Below, piece after piece: positions 52,220 through 58,845 of a stretch of 64,000 nt of DNA. This stretch comes from a virus. Under the pieces are notes generated by a model that had not been told where the DNA came from, did not search any database, and was given only the letters and a program-made list of their open reading frames with translations. The stretch's first letter is position 1; every line of letters starts with the position of its first letter. The DNA lies in IMG/VR virus record IMGVR_UViG_3300017766_003354, positions 1-64,000 of that record; one strand, written 5' to 3'. Made by a program: the position numbers and the translations under genes.

Positions 52220-52288
52220 GAAGAAGACTGGTTCGAATCCAGCGCAACTACCCGTAGGTGGGCGCGTAGTGTAATGGCAGCACACTTC
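52220..52288 (+). ncRNA. single permuted tRNA-elbow module (YrlA-like topology)
   Basis: GAAG-aaga-CTGGTTCGAATCCAG-hairpin-TAGTGTAATGGCAGCAC-a-CTTC. Confidence 0.65.
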
Positions 52289-52300
52289 TATTGTTTTTAT

Positions 52301-52383
52301 GTGAGTCTAAAGCTAGTGGCTCTAGCAAGAAGTCTGTAAAACTTCTCCTTCGGGGCGAGGATCGAAACCTCAGACTCACACCA
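52301..52383 (+). tRNA. tRNA-Tyr(GTA)
   Basis: cloverleaf with variable arm, CCA. Confidence 0.85.
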
Positions 52384-52530
52384 CTTTTTGCTAAAGCATC
52401 TTTGGCTTGATGCTGTCCCACAGGACTATATCGCATAACCTACGAACAAAGGCCAAGTTCTATAGGGGTATAGCGGGAAACCCGATCAAGTCGGGTGAGG
52501 CGGTTCAATTCCGCAGGCAAAATTTTTAAT

Positions 52531-52605
52531 GGCCCGTTCGTTTAGTGTAAAGGACCGCGTGCTTCTAACGCGCAGACAGAGGTTAGATTCCTCTACGGGC
52601 TACCA
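52531..52605 (+). tRNA. tRNA-Arg(TCT)
   Basis: cloverleaf, CCA. Confidence 0.9.
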
Positions 52606-52611
52606 ATTTAT

Positions 52612-52699
52612 GGAACATTAACCCCTGAGCTTGGGGCGTGTCTTGGAAAGACAATGGCGGCTGAAAGGTCGTGGGCTTGGAGTGCTCAGTGTTCCTCCA
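52612..52699 (+). tRNA. tRNA-Ser(GGA)
   Basis: long variable arm, CCA, atypical T loop. Confidence 0.75.
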
Positions 52700-52704
52700 C
52701 TTTT

Positions 52705-52795
52705 GGATTGTTAATTCAGACGGCTCTGAACGCTGTTTCGAAAGCAGTTGGTTCCGCAAAAACGGGATAGGGATCGACCCCCTAGCAATCCTCCA
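52705..52795 (+). tRNA. tRNA-Ser(CGA)
   Basis: long variable arm, CCA. Confidence 0.8.
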
Positions 52796-52797
52796 AT

Positions 52798-52889
52798 GGG
52801 TAATTTATCGCAACGGCTTGCGACTCTGCTTTGAAACCAGATGATGGGGTTAGTAGCCTCATAGGGATCGACACCCTAGTTGCCCTCCA
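52798..52889 (+). tRNA. tRNA-Ser(TGA)
   Basis: long variable arm, CCA. Confidence 0.8.
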
Positions 52890-52987
52890 CTTTTAGCCAG
52901 TAAAACCGTCAAAAAAGTCATTGACAAAATCGTGACAAGCGACTAGGATTGTGGCGCAACGCAAGACTAGCTGGTTAATTCTTCAAA

Positions 52988-53064
52988 ACACCATCAGACT
53001 GTGGGCAAGTCGAGAACCCTCCAAAAGTTCTGCTTAAAGGATTCGATTTCCTTGTGGTGTGCCA
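52988..53064 (+). tRNA. tRNA-Trp(CCA)
   Basis: cloverleaf, G73, CCA. Confidence 0.85.
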
Positions 53065-53072
53065 ATTTTAAT

Positions 53073-53143
53073 GACCTGATGATGTAACGACAGCATACTG
53101 CGCGGGAGCGTAGAAGAGGGGCTAGAATCCCCAACGGTCGCTA
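53073..53143 (+). ncRNA. tRNA-like RNA with the anticodon loop replaced by a GGGA tetraloop (pseudo-tRNA or decoy)
   Basis: D arm ATGT..GCAT, CTGCGC GGGA GCGTAG, T arm GGGG CTAGAAT CCCC, ends GCTA. Confidence 0.55.
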
Positions 53144-53152
53144 ATTTTCAAT

Positions 53153-53237
53153 GGGCGTGTGAGAGAATGGTTATCTAGCGGTCTTTTAAACCGAGGGCGA
53201 AAGCCCAACGTGGGTTCAATCCCCACCGCGCCTACCA
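53153..53237 (+). tRNA. tRNA-Lys(TTT) with long variable arm
   Basis: GCGGT CT TTT AA ACCGA; GGGC GAAA GCCC arm; CCA. Confidence 0.85.
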
Positions 53238-53243
53238 ATTTTA

Positions 53244-53330
53244 GCAAGTGTGACAGAATGATCATGTATCCGTCTCTTAAACGGCAGAGAGAAATCTCTA
53301 ATGTGGGTTTGAATCCCACCGCTTGCACCA
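53244..53330 (+). tRNA. tRNA-Lys(CTT) with long variable arm
   Basis: CCGT CT CTT AA ACGG; AGAG AAAT CTCT arm; CCA. Confidence 0.85.
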
Positions 53331-53341
53331 AAATTTTTCAT

Positions 53342-53431
53342 AGTATAGTGGCGGAATTGGAAGACGCGCTCGCCTGTTAAGTGAGAGTTCCGAAAGGACA
53401 CCTGTAGGATCGTGGCCTACCTATACTGCCA
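53342..53431 (+). tRNA. tRNA-Asn(GTT) on a Leu-like class II body
   Basis: GTGGCGGAATTGGAAGACGC D region, long variable arm, G73, CCA. Confidence 0.8.
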
Positions 53432-53437
53432 ATTTTT

Positions 53438-53513
53438 CCTGTCTGAGCAAGTCTGGTGATTGCGCTTGGTTGAAGCCCAAGTTAATCGTGTTCGATCCAC
53501 GGAGACAGGACCA
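53438..53513 (+). tRNA. tRNA-Phe(GAA)
   Basis: CTTGG TT GAA GC CCAAG, CCA. Confidence 0.85.
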
Positions 53514-53635
53514 TTTCAATGAGCGGCGTATGACAGCCTTTCAACGCTTAAATCATATCTGCGTTGGAGCCCAAGAAAATAAGCTGAATAACTACGAGGT
53601 ATCCCGCTCACCCTTTTCTAGCAAGTGTCGCATAG

Positions 53636-54133
53636 TCATTTGCGTTTACCTGAAAACGTCAAAGTTTGCGAATGACAATTTGGACAAAGAAACCTTAAAT
53701 TACTCAAGCGATTATCATTATTAATTCCATTGATGTGATCTAATTGTAGAGAAAGCGGTTTATTATTGTAGGTTCCTTGATTGCCGCATTCAGCGCATTC
53801 ATACTTCCAACCAAAATCTTGTAATAAACGACTTTTTATATTGTTGCCACTAACATAAGAAGAGTTTTCCACAAAAATATCTTCATTGTCTCGCTTGTTA
53901 ATTGGGCTTAACTTCTTTGCTTGTTCTTGTTTAAAGTTCTTCTTGTTGGCAGTAAAAAGAGTTAAGTCAAAATTTTCTTCCTTGATTCGTTTTTTAATTG
54001 TCCTGTGGTTTCCATTATAACCACCAAAACCTAATTTCTTTAAAATTTCGACAATAGACGAGCTTTCATTTAATAACCTTTGAAAATCATCGAAACTCGT
54101 TGTCCACACTATACTTTTTCTCGTAATCTTCAT
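53636..54133 (-). CDS. HNH homing endonuclease in the tRNA array
   Basis: CAECG...LQLDHINGINNDNRLSNLRFLCPNCHSQT; start ATG 54133. Confidence 0.92.
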   Translation of the reverse strand: MKITRKSIVWTTSFDDFQRLLNESSSIVEILKKLGFGGYNGNHRTIKKRIKEENFDLTLFTANKKNFKQEQAKKLSPINKRDNEDIFVENSSYVSGNNIKSRLLQDFGWKYECAECGNQGTYNNKPLSLQLDHINGINNDNRLSNLRFLCPNCHSQTLTFSGKRK

Positions 54134-54174
54134 GTGGTATATTACACATAAAGACACAATACGGGACTTTTCAT

Positions 54175-54250
54175 GCGTCATTCGCCTAATGGTATGGCAC
54201 TTCGCTTCCAACGAAGAACAGCATCAGTTCGATTCTGATATGGCGCACCA
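54175..54250 (+). tRNA. tRNA-Gly(TCC)
   Basis: cloverleaf, A73, CCA. Confidence 0.9.
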
Positions 54251-54253
54251 ATT

Positions 54254-54438
54254 TTCTATCAAAACCCTGAAAAGGTGGCGAAGTTTGTAAGCCAGTCATG
54301 GAAAGGCGCTAGGTGGGTCAAAGAATAAAGTTGGGAAACCTTAATCGGCGTGAAACCCGAACGTGCCTAGTAGCCCATGCGGAGTCACTATCTAAACCTC
54401 ACTCTGTCAAGAGTAAGTTGCGGACTCTATTGATAGAA
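54254..54438 (+). ncRNA. ~185-nt unknown multi-helix RNA
   Basis: TTCTATCAA/TTGATAGAA closing stem; CATGG/CCATG, CTAGG/CCTAG, GAGTC/GACTC helices. Confidence 0.55.
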
Positions 54439-54445
54439 TTTTTAT

Positions 54446-54522
54446 CCGAGAGTAGATTTAACTGGCAAAATCCCTCCCTGTGAAGGAGCCTAATGCGGGT
54501 TCGACTCCCGCCTCGCGGACCA
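54446..54522 (+). tRNA. tRNA-His(GTG), A73, no encoded G-1
   Basis: CTCC CT GTG AA GGAG, GTTCGA T loop, CCA. Confidence 0.85.
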
Positions 54523-54588
54523 TTTCTTTCTTGACAGTCGATTGGACGCCTCTTAATATGCGAACCAGCCAATCGCTTCCCTTTTAAT

Positions 54589-54765
54589 ATGAACACCCCA
54601 AACAACAAAGCCCTAGAAGTGCGCCGAACAAATCAAAAATTCCGCCGACTTTTCAATAGCTCGAAAGACATTGGGGGCAAGCTTTCTTCTTTGCACGTCA
54701 ATCGCGCCCATTGGGGCTCTGGATACAGTAAAAAAGACTTGCCAAAAGATTCGGATATGCAATAA
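54589..54765 (+). CDS. 58-aa basic hypothetical protein in the tRNA array
   Basis: ORF after TTGACA-N17-TAATAT promoter. Confidence 0.5.
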   Translation: MNTPNNKALEVRRTNQKFRRLFNSSKDIGGKLSSLHVNRAHWGSGYSKKDLPKDSDMQ

Positions 54766-54772
54766 TTTCAAT

Positions 54773-54845
54773 CGGGGTGGAGCAGTAAGGTAGATGCAAC
54801 CTGCTCATAACGGGTAAATAGCGGGTTCGAGTCCCGTCGCCCCCA
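54773..54845 (+). tRNA. tRNA(CAT), 1:72 mismatch, CCA not encoded
   Basis: ACCTG CT CAT AA CGGGT; GCGGG TTCGAGT CCCGT. Confidence 0.8.
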
Positions 54846-55200
54846 TTAAGCTCGTATCATGTATTTCCATGTGGCAATTAGAACAAAGAAGATCACATTT
54901 CTTAAACTCCAACAAAATCTTCTCCCAGCCTTGATTTGATAATTTTCTCAAATCTAAAGTAAAAGACTTTTCTTTTGGATTCCTATGGTGAAAACATAAA
55001 GCCCTCAAGCTTTTTGAGTATCCACAAATTTGACATCCTCCACCAGACATTTCAATCAAAAGCCTTTTTCTTTCGTTACCTTTTTTGTTTTGGTTTGCGT
55101 AATTTTGATGGTTCTTATTGGATAAGTGATTTTTACATTTTTGAGAACACCATTTTCTTTGACCTCCAGTTAATTCTTTATTACAGTTTTGACAGTTCAT
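54805..55200 (-). CDS. HNH endonuclease with N-terminal Zn finger; 3' end overlaps the tRNA antisense
   Basis: CQNC...WCSQKC; CQICGY...LCFHHRNP..K..C.LLCSNCH. Confidence 0.88.
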   Translation of the reverse strand: MNCQNCNKELTGGQRKWCSQKCKNHLSNKNHQNYANQNKKGNERKRLLIEMSGGGCQICGYSKSLRALCFHHRNPKEKSFTLDLRKLSNQGWEKILLEFKKCDLLCSNCHMEIHDTSLMGATGLEPAIYPL

Positions 55201-55252
55201 ATTAAATGATTACACTCAGATTATGAATATAGTCATAATCTTTTATTTTTAT

Positions 55253-55332
55253 GCAGCAGTATTCCCTCTCCCTACGAAGGAGGTGAAAGGATAATTGGAT
55301 ACATGTAGGTTCGATGCCTATCTGCTGCACCA
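55253..55332 (+). tRNA. D-armless tRNA-Arg(ACG)-like RNA
   Basis: GCAGCAG/CTGCTGC-ACCA, TCTCC CT ACG AA GGAGG, T arm, ~7-nt D replacement, long variable region. Confidence 0.7.
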
Positions 55333-55342
55333 ATTTTCAAAT

Positions 55343-55418
55343 GGCCCTATAGCTGAGTAGGATTTAGCACATGCTTGATAAGCGTGAGACACAGGTTCAA
55401 TCCCTGTTAGGGCTACCA
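55343..55418 (+). tRNA. tRNA-Ile(GAT)
   Basis: cloverleaf, CCA. Confidence 0.9.
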
Positions 55419-55498
55419 TTTTTACTTATTACGAAGAATCTAAAATAGCTGGCATTGTGACCGCTTGAAGTAGTCGGTAGTAAGTAACTAATTTTTAT

Positions 55499-55592
55499 GG
55501 GTCATGGGGCTGCTTGGGGTGGCCATCTCACTTGCAATGAGAAGACATATCGAAAGATATACAGTTGGGTTCAAATCCCAAATGATCCACCA
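55499..55592 (+). tRNA. tRNA-Ala(TGC) with long variable arm
   Basis: G3:U70 present; ATATC GAAA GATAT arm; CCA. Confidence 0.88.
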
Positions 55593-55602
55593 GTTTCAAA
55601 AA

Positions 55603-55678
55603 GCATCGTTGGCTCGACTGTTTAGGCGGGTTCCTGCAAAGTTCCTTTAAGGGGGTTAGATTCCCTCACGATGCTCCA
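55603..55678 (+). tRNA. tRNA-Cys(GCA)
   Basis: U73, CCA; anticodon stem has T-T mismatches. Confidence 0.82.
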
Positions 55679-55720
55679 ATTTTCTCTTGACTTTCTCTGT
55701 TCTTTTGCTAAAAACAAAAC

Positions 55721-55933
55721 ATGACAGCAGAACATCTACAAGAACAAGACGAAATGCACGAAGCGCAGAAACAACAAGTGATCATCGAATCTCTTTCTTC
55801 TCTGCTAAGTGAATGTTTAGAATCAATGAACCAAGATAACTCGTTCAAAGTTCTCGGTATTGAAAATAACAAGTTGATTGTTGAATTTGATATTGTGGAA
55901 ATTGATGATGAGTTTATGTTTCAAGGATATTAA
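55721..55933 (+). CDS. hypothetical acidic protein in the tRNA array
   Basis: ORF with TTGACT promoter; paralog at 49439. Confidence 0.7.
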   Translation: MTAEHLQEQDEMHEAQKQQVIIESLSSLLSECLESMNQDNSFKVLGIENNKLIVEFDIVEIDDEFMFQGY

Positions 55934-56042
55934 TTTCAAATAATGAGCGCCCAAAAGCAAAACGGACTATTTGTGCATCTAGGCACAGGATCGGGGTCTT
56001 GGCGACTTACTCGCCAGTAGTATTGCTCATTGCCTTTTTAAT

Positions 56043-56116
56043 GGGGGATTGATGTAATGGTAGCCTGACTGATTTACATTCAGTTTGCGGGGATTCGACT
56101 TCCTCATCCCCTACCA
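56043..56116 (+). tRNA. tRNA-Val(TAC)
   Basis: cloverleaf, CCA. Confidence 0.88.
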
Positions 56117-56124
56117 ATTTTTAT

Positions 56125-56209
56125 GGTAACGAAGCCGAAGTGGTTTCAGGCGCTACCCTGTCAAGGTAGGAACGAAAGTTCATAGCGAGTTCGATCCTCG
56201 TCGTTACCG
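56125..56209 (+). tRNA. tRNA-Asp(GTC) with variable arm
   Basis: CTACC CT GTC AA GGTAG; GAAC GAAA GTTC arm; G73. Confidence 0.85.
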
Positions 56210-56219
56210 CCCTTTTCAT

Positions 56220-56297
56220 GCATCAGTATGCTATTGGTATCGCAGCAACGTCGAGAGCGTTGTGTTTTTGTCGGTTCGACTCCGATCTGATGCACCA
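56220..56297 (+). tRNA. tRNA-Leu(GAG), short variable loop, C33
   Basis: CAACG TC GAG AG CGTTG; CCA. Confidence 0.75.
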
Positions 56298-56306
56298 AAT
56301 TTTTAT

Positions 56307-56391
56307 CGGCGCGTGGGTTAATCGAGAACGGCAGATCACAGATACTTAGAATATCTGACCCTTGGAGGTTCAATTCCTCTCGCGCCGACCA
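56307..56391 (+). tRNA. tRNA-Leu(TAG), enlarged D loop, no variable arm
   Basis: CAGATA CT TAG AA TATCTG; CCA. Confidence 0.8.
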
Positions 56392-56398
56392 TTTTTTA

Positions 56399-56480
56399 CG
56401 GCATGTGGGTTAATCGGGAATAGCAGACTACACTTACTCAAAATAAGTGACCCTTGAAGGTGCAAGTCCTTTCATGCCGA
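56399..56480 (+). tRNA. tRNA-Leu(CAA), paralog of the previous tRNA
   Basis: CACTTA CT CAA AA TAAGTG; CCA not encoded. Confidence 0.78.
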
Positions 56481-56491
56481 CTTTTTTTAAT

Positions 56492-56577
56492 GGTATAGTG
56501 GATAAGCGAAATTGGCGACAAGCGAAAGATTTAAAATCTTTTATCCTCTGTGGGTTCGAATCCCACCTATACTACCA
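56492..56577 (+). tRNA. tRNA-Leu(TAA)
   Basis: AAAGA TT TAA AA TCTTT; GTTCGAATC; CCA. Confidence 0.82.
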
Positions 56578-56583
56578 ATTCAT

Positions 56584-56669
56584 GGATCGTAAATCAACAA
56601 GGCGTTGACTCTTCCTGCTAAGAAGGTGGAGGTTTAAAAAACCTTTCAGTTCAAATCTGATGCGATCCT
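56584..56669 (+). tRNA. tRNA-Ser(GCT)
   Basis: long variable arm; CCA not encoded. Confidence 0.8.
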
Positions 56670-56706
56670 CTCTTCCCTCTCTTGACTCATTCGTGTAAAG
56701 AGAAAT

Positions 56707-57117
56707 GTGACTGTAAATGATAAAGGAAATATTGGGTTGACTAAAGTAATGTCTGATTTAACTGAAAAGGGTTATTCGGTTTTTTTACCGATAGCAGATA
56801 CTAGTTGCGTAGATTTAATTGCGGCTGACGAAGGAATGAATATAAAAAAGATACAAATTAAATATCGCAAAGTTAATAAATTCGGAGTGATTTGTGTTCA
56901 AACTCGCTCTGTTGTCAACGGAAAAAGTATCCCCATTCCTTTAGAACAAATTGATCTTTGGGCTATCTATTGCCCCGATACAAAGCAAATTTATTATTTA
57001 TCTTCTGATATTTTGAAAGGAAAGTCTGTTCTTTCTTTGCGGGTAGATAAAGAAGTAAGAAAATGCGAACAAACAACTTTCGCAGACCAATTCACCGATA
57101 TTAAGAAAGTTTGGTGA
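56707..57117 (+). CDS. PD-(D/E)XK homing-type endonuclease (group I intron-associated family), free-standing
   Basis: KGNIG...L..KGYSVFLP....VDLI...KKIQIKY...IDLWAIYCP. Confidence 0.85.
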   Translation: MTVNDKGNIGLTKVMSDLTEKGYSVFLPIADTSCVDLIAADEGMNIKKIQIKYRKVNKFGVICVQTRSVVNGKSIPIPLEQIDLWAIYCPDTKQIYYLSSDILKGKSVLSLRVDKEVRKCEQTTFADQFTDIKKVW

Positions 57118-57143
57118 TTGTCATTAAAACTTTAAATTTCCCA

Positions 57144-57217
57144 GCCTTCATAGTTCAATGGTAGAACTTCAGTTTTGTAATCTGAAAACCCCAGTTCGAT
57201 TCTGGGTGTCGGCTCCA
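57144..57217 (+). tRNA. tRNA-Thr(TGT)
   Basis: cloverleaf, CCA. Confidence 0.88.
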
Positions 57218-57223
57218 CTTTCT

Positions 57224-57297
57224 GGTCTATTCGTCTAGTGATAGGACTCTCCCCTCGTAAGGTAGAAGCGGGTGTTTGATCCACCCATAGACCTCCA
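57224..57297 (+). tRNA. tRNA-Thr(CGT)
   Basis: cloverleaf, CCA. Confidence 0.78.
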
Positions 57298-57303
57298 GTT
57301 TTA

Positions 57304-57382
57304 GCGAATGTCGCATAGTGGCCTATTGCACTACATTGCCAATGTAGAATAAACGCAGGTTCAAATCCTGTCATTCGCACCA
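57304..57382 (+). tRNA. tRNA-Gly(GCC)
   Basis: cloverleaf, A73, CCA. Confidence 0.9.
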
Positions 57383-57390
57383 ATTTCAAC

Positions 57391-57465
57391 GGACCATAAG
57401 CTTTGATGTTGAAGCCCTTCTTGGTATGAAGGAAGAACGCAGTTAGAATCTGCGGTGGTCCTCCA
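57391..57465 (+). tRNA. tRNA-Thr(GGT)
   Basis: cloverleaf, CCA. Confidence 0.82.
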
Positions 57466-57517
57466 CTTTCTAGAAATTTTCTGTTGACTCATTGATAAAA
57501 ATCCCTATACTGCTGCC

Positions 57518-58723
57518 ATGCAAGTAATAAAAAACATCCCTGTCTGGGGAGAAGTTCAAGAAAATGCGGTTGATCAAATGGCTAACGCTCTTAATTGTGG
57601 AGCTTATAAGGCTGCTTTGATGGGGGATCATCATTTGGGCTATTCTGTTCCTGTAGGGGGAGTTATCGCTTATAAGAATGCTATTTCTCCTTCTGGTGTT
57701 GGATTTGATATTGCTTGCGGCAATAAAGCAGTTCTTACTGATGCTTTTCTTCCTGACGTTCTTCCATTTATTGAAAAAATAATGGATGATGTTTTTCGCA
57801 ACATTTCTTTCGGAATTGGAAGAGTTTCAAACTCAAAACATATTGTTGGTCAAAAAGACCCAAGTGATCACCCCTTGTTTAATGACGAAGCTTGGAATAT
57901 TCCTGCAATTTCTGGATACAAAGACTTGGCCCGAAATCAACTAGGAACAGTTGGTTCTGGCAATCACTATGTTGATATATTTGCCGATAATTTTGGTCGT
58001 ATTTGGATTGGAGTCCACTTTGGTTCTCGCGGATTAGGACACAAAACAGCTTCTCATTACATTAAAGAAGGCGGTGGAACAGACGGAATGTTTGTTAATC
58101 CTGTTGTTCTTGATGCTGATTCAGAATTGGGTAAAGAATATATTGCTGCAATGAATCTTGCTGGACGATATGCCTATGCTGGTCGTGATTGGGTTTGCGA
58201 AGAAGTCGCTCGTATCTTGGGGGCTAATATTTTAGACTCTGTTCATAATCATCATAACTTCGCTTGGCTCGAAAACCATGAAGGAGAAGATCTGTGGGTA
58301 GTCCGCAAAGGAGCAACTCCAGCTTTCCCAAATCAAAAAGGATTCGTTGGAGGAACGATGGGCGAAAATTCTGTAATCTTAGAAGGAATTAATCATCTAG
58401 AATGCAAAACTTCTTTATATTCTACTGTCCACGGAGCAGGTCGCGTTATGTCACGAACTGAAGCTGCGGGCAAATCAAAATGGAAACAAGGAAAGAAAAC
58501 CCGTATTTCTGAAGGCAAAGTTTCTCAAGAAATGATGAATGATTGGATTTCTAAAAAGGGAGTCTGCCTTCGTGGCGCGGGGGTTGATGAATCTCCTCAT
58601 TGCTATAAAAGACTTGACGAAGTTCTTGAAGCCCACACAAATACAATTAAAATCTTACATAGTCTGACTCCTATCGGTGTCGCAATGGCAGGAAATGAAG
58701 TTTTCGACCCATATAAAGATTAG
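57518..58723 (+). CDS. rtcB: RtcB 3'-phosphate/5'-OH RNA ligase
   Basis: DHHLGY.VPVGGV, VGFDIACG, LGTVGSGNHY, VHFGSRGLG, HNHHN, VRKGATPA, HGAGR, DESP..YK. Confidence 0.95.
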   Translation: MQVIKNIPVWGEVQENAVDQMANALNCGAYKAALMGDHHLGYSVPVGGVIAYKNAISPSGVGFDIACGNKAVLTDAFLPDVLPFIEKIMDDVFRNISFGIGRVSNSKHIVGQKDPSDHPLFNDEAWNIPAISGYKDLARNQLGTVGSGNHYVDIFADNFGRIWIGVHFGSRGLGHKTASHYIKEGGGTDGMFVNPVVLDADSELGKEYIAAMNLAGRYAYAGRDWVCEEVARILGANILDSVHNHHNFAWLENHEGEDLWVVRKGATPAFPNQKGFVGGTMGENSVILEGINHLECKTSLYSTVHGAGRVMSRTEAAGKSKWKQGKKTRISEGKVSQEMMNDWISKKGVCLRGAGVDESPHCYKRLDEVLEAHTNTIKILHSLTPIGVAMAGNEVFDPYKD

Positions 58724-58742
58724 TCTAGTTAAAACACCCATA

Positions 58743-58795
58743 GCCCCGCAGCTTTATTCTTCTACGGAGGATTAAACGCTCGCGGGGCATTTTTT
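58743..58795 (+). terminator. terminator-like hairpin after rtcB
   Basis: GCCCCGC...GCGGGGC ATTTTTT. Confidence 0.65.
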
Positions 58796-58845
58796 ATTGA
58801 AAATTCAATAAATTTCGGGTGTAAGAAAGGGTAGTTCTCCTTAAA

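Noticed and set aside
51125-57389. Short ORFs in the track overlapping the tRNA array (e.g. 51695, 53122, 53159, 56161, 57132)
   Set aside because: They are translations of tRNA or ncRNA sequence (GFEP/GIEP motifs are antisense T loops).
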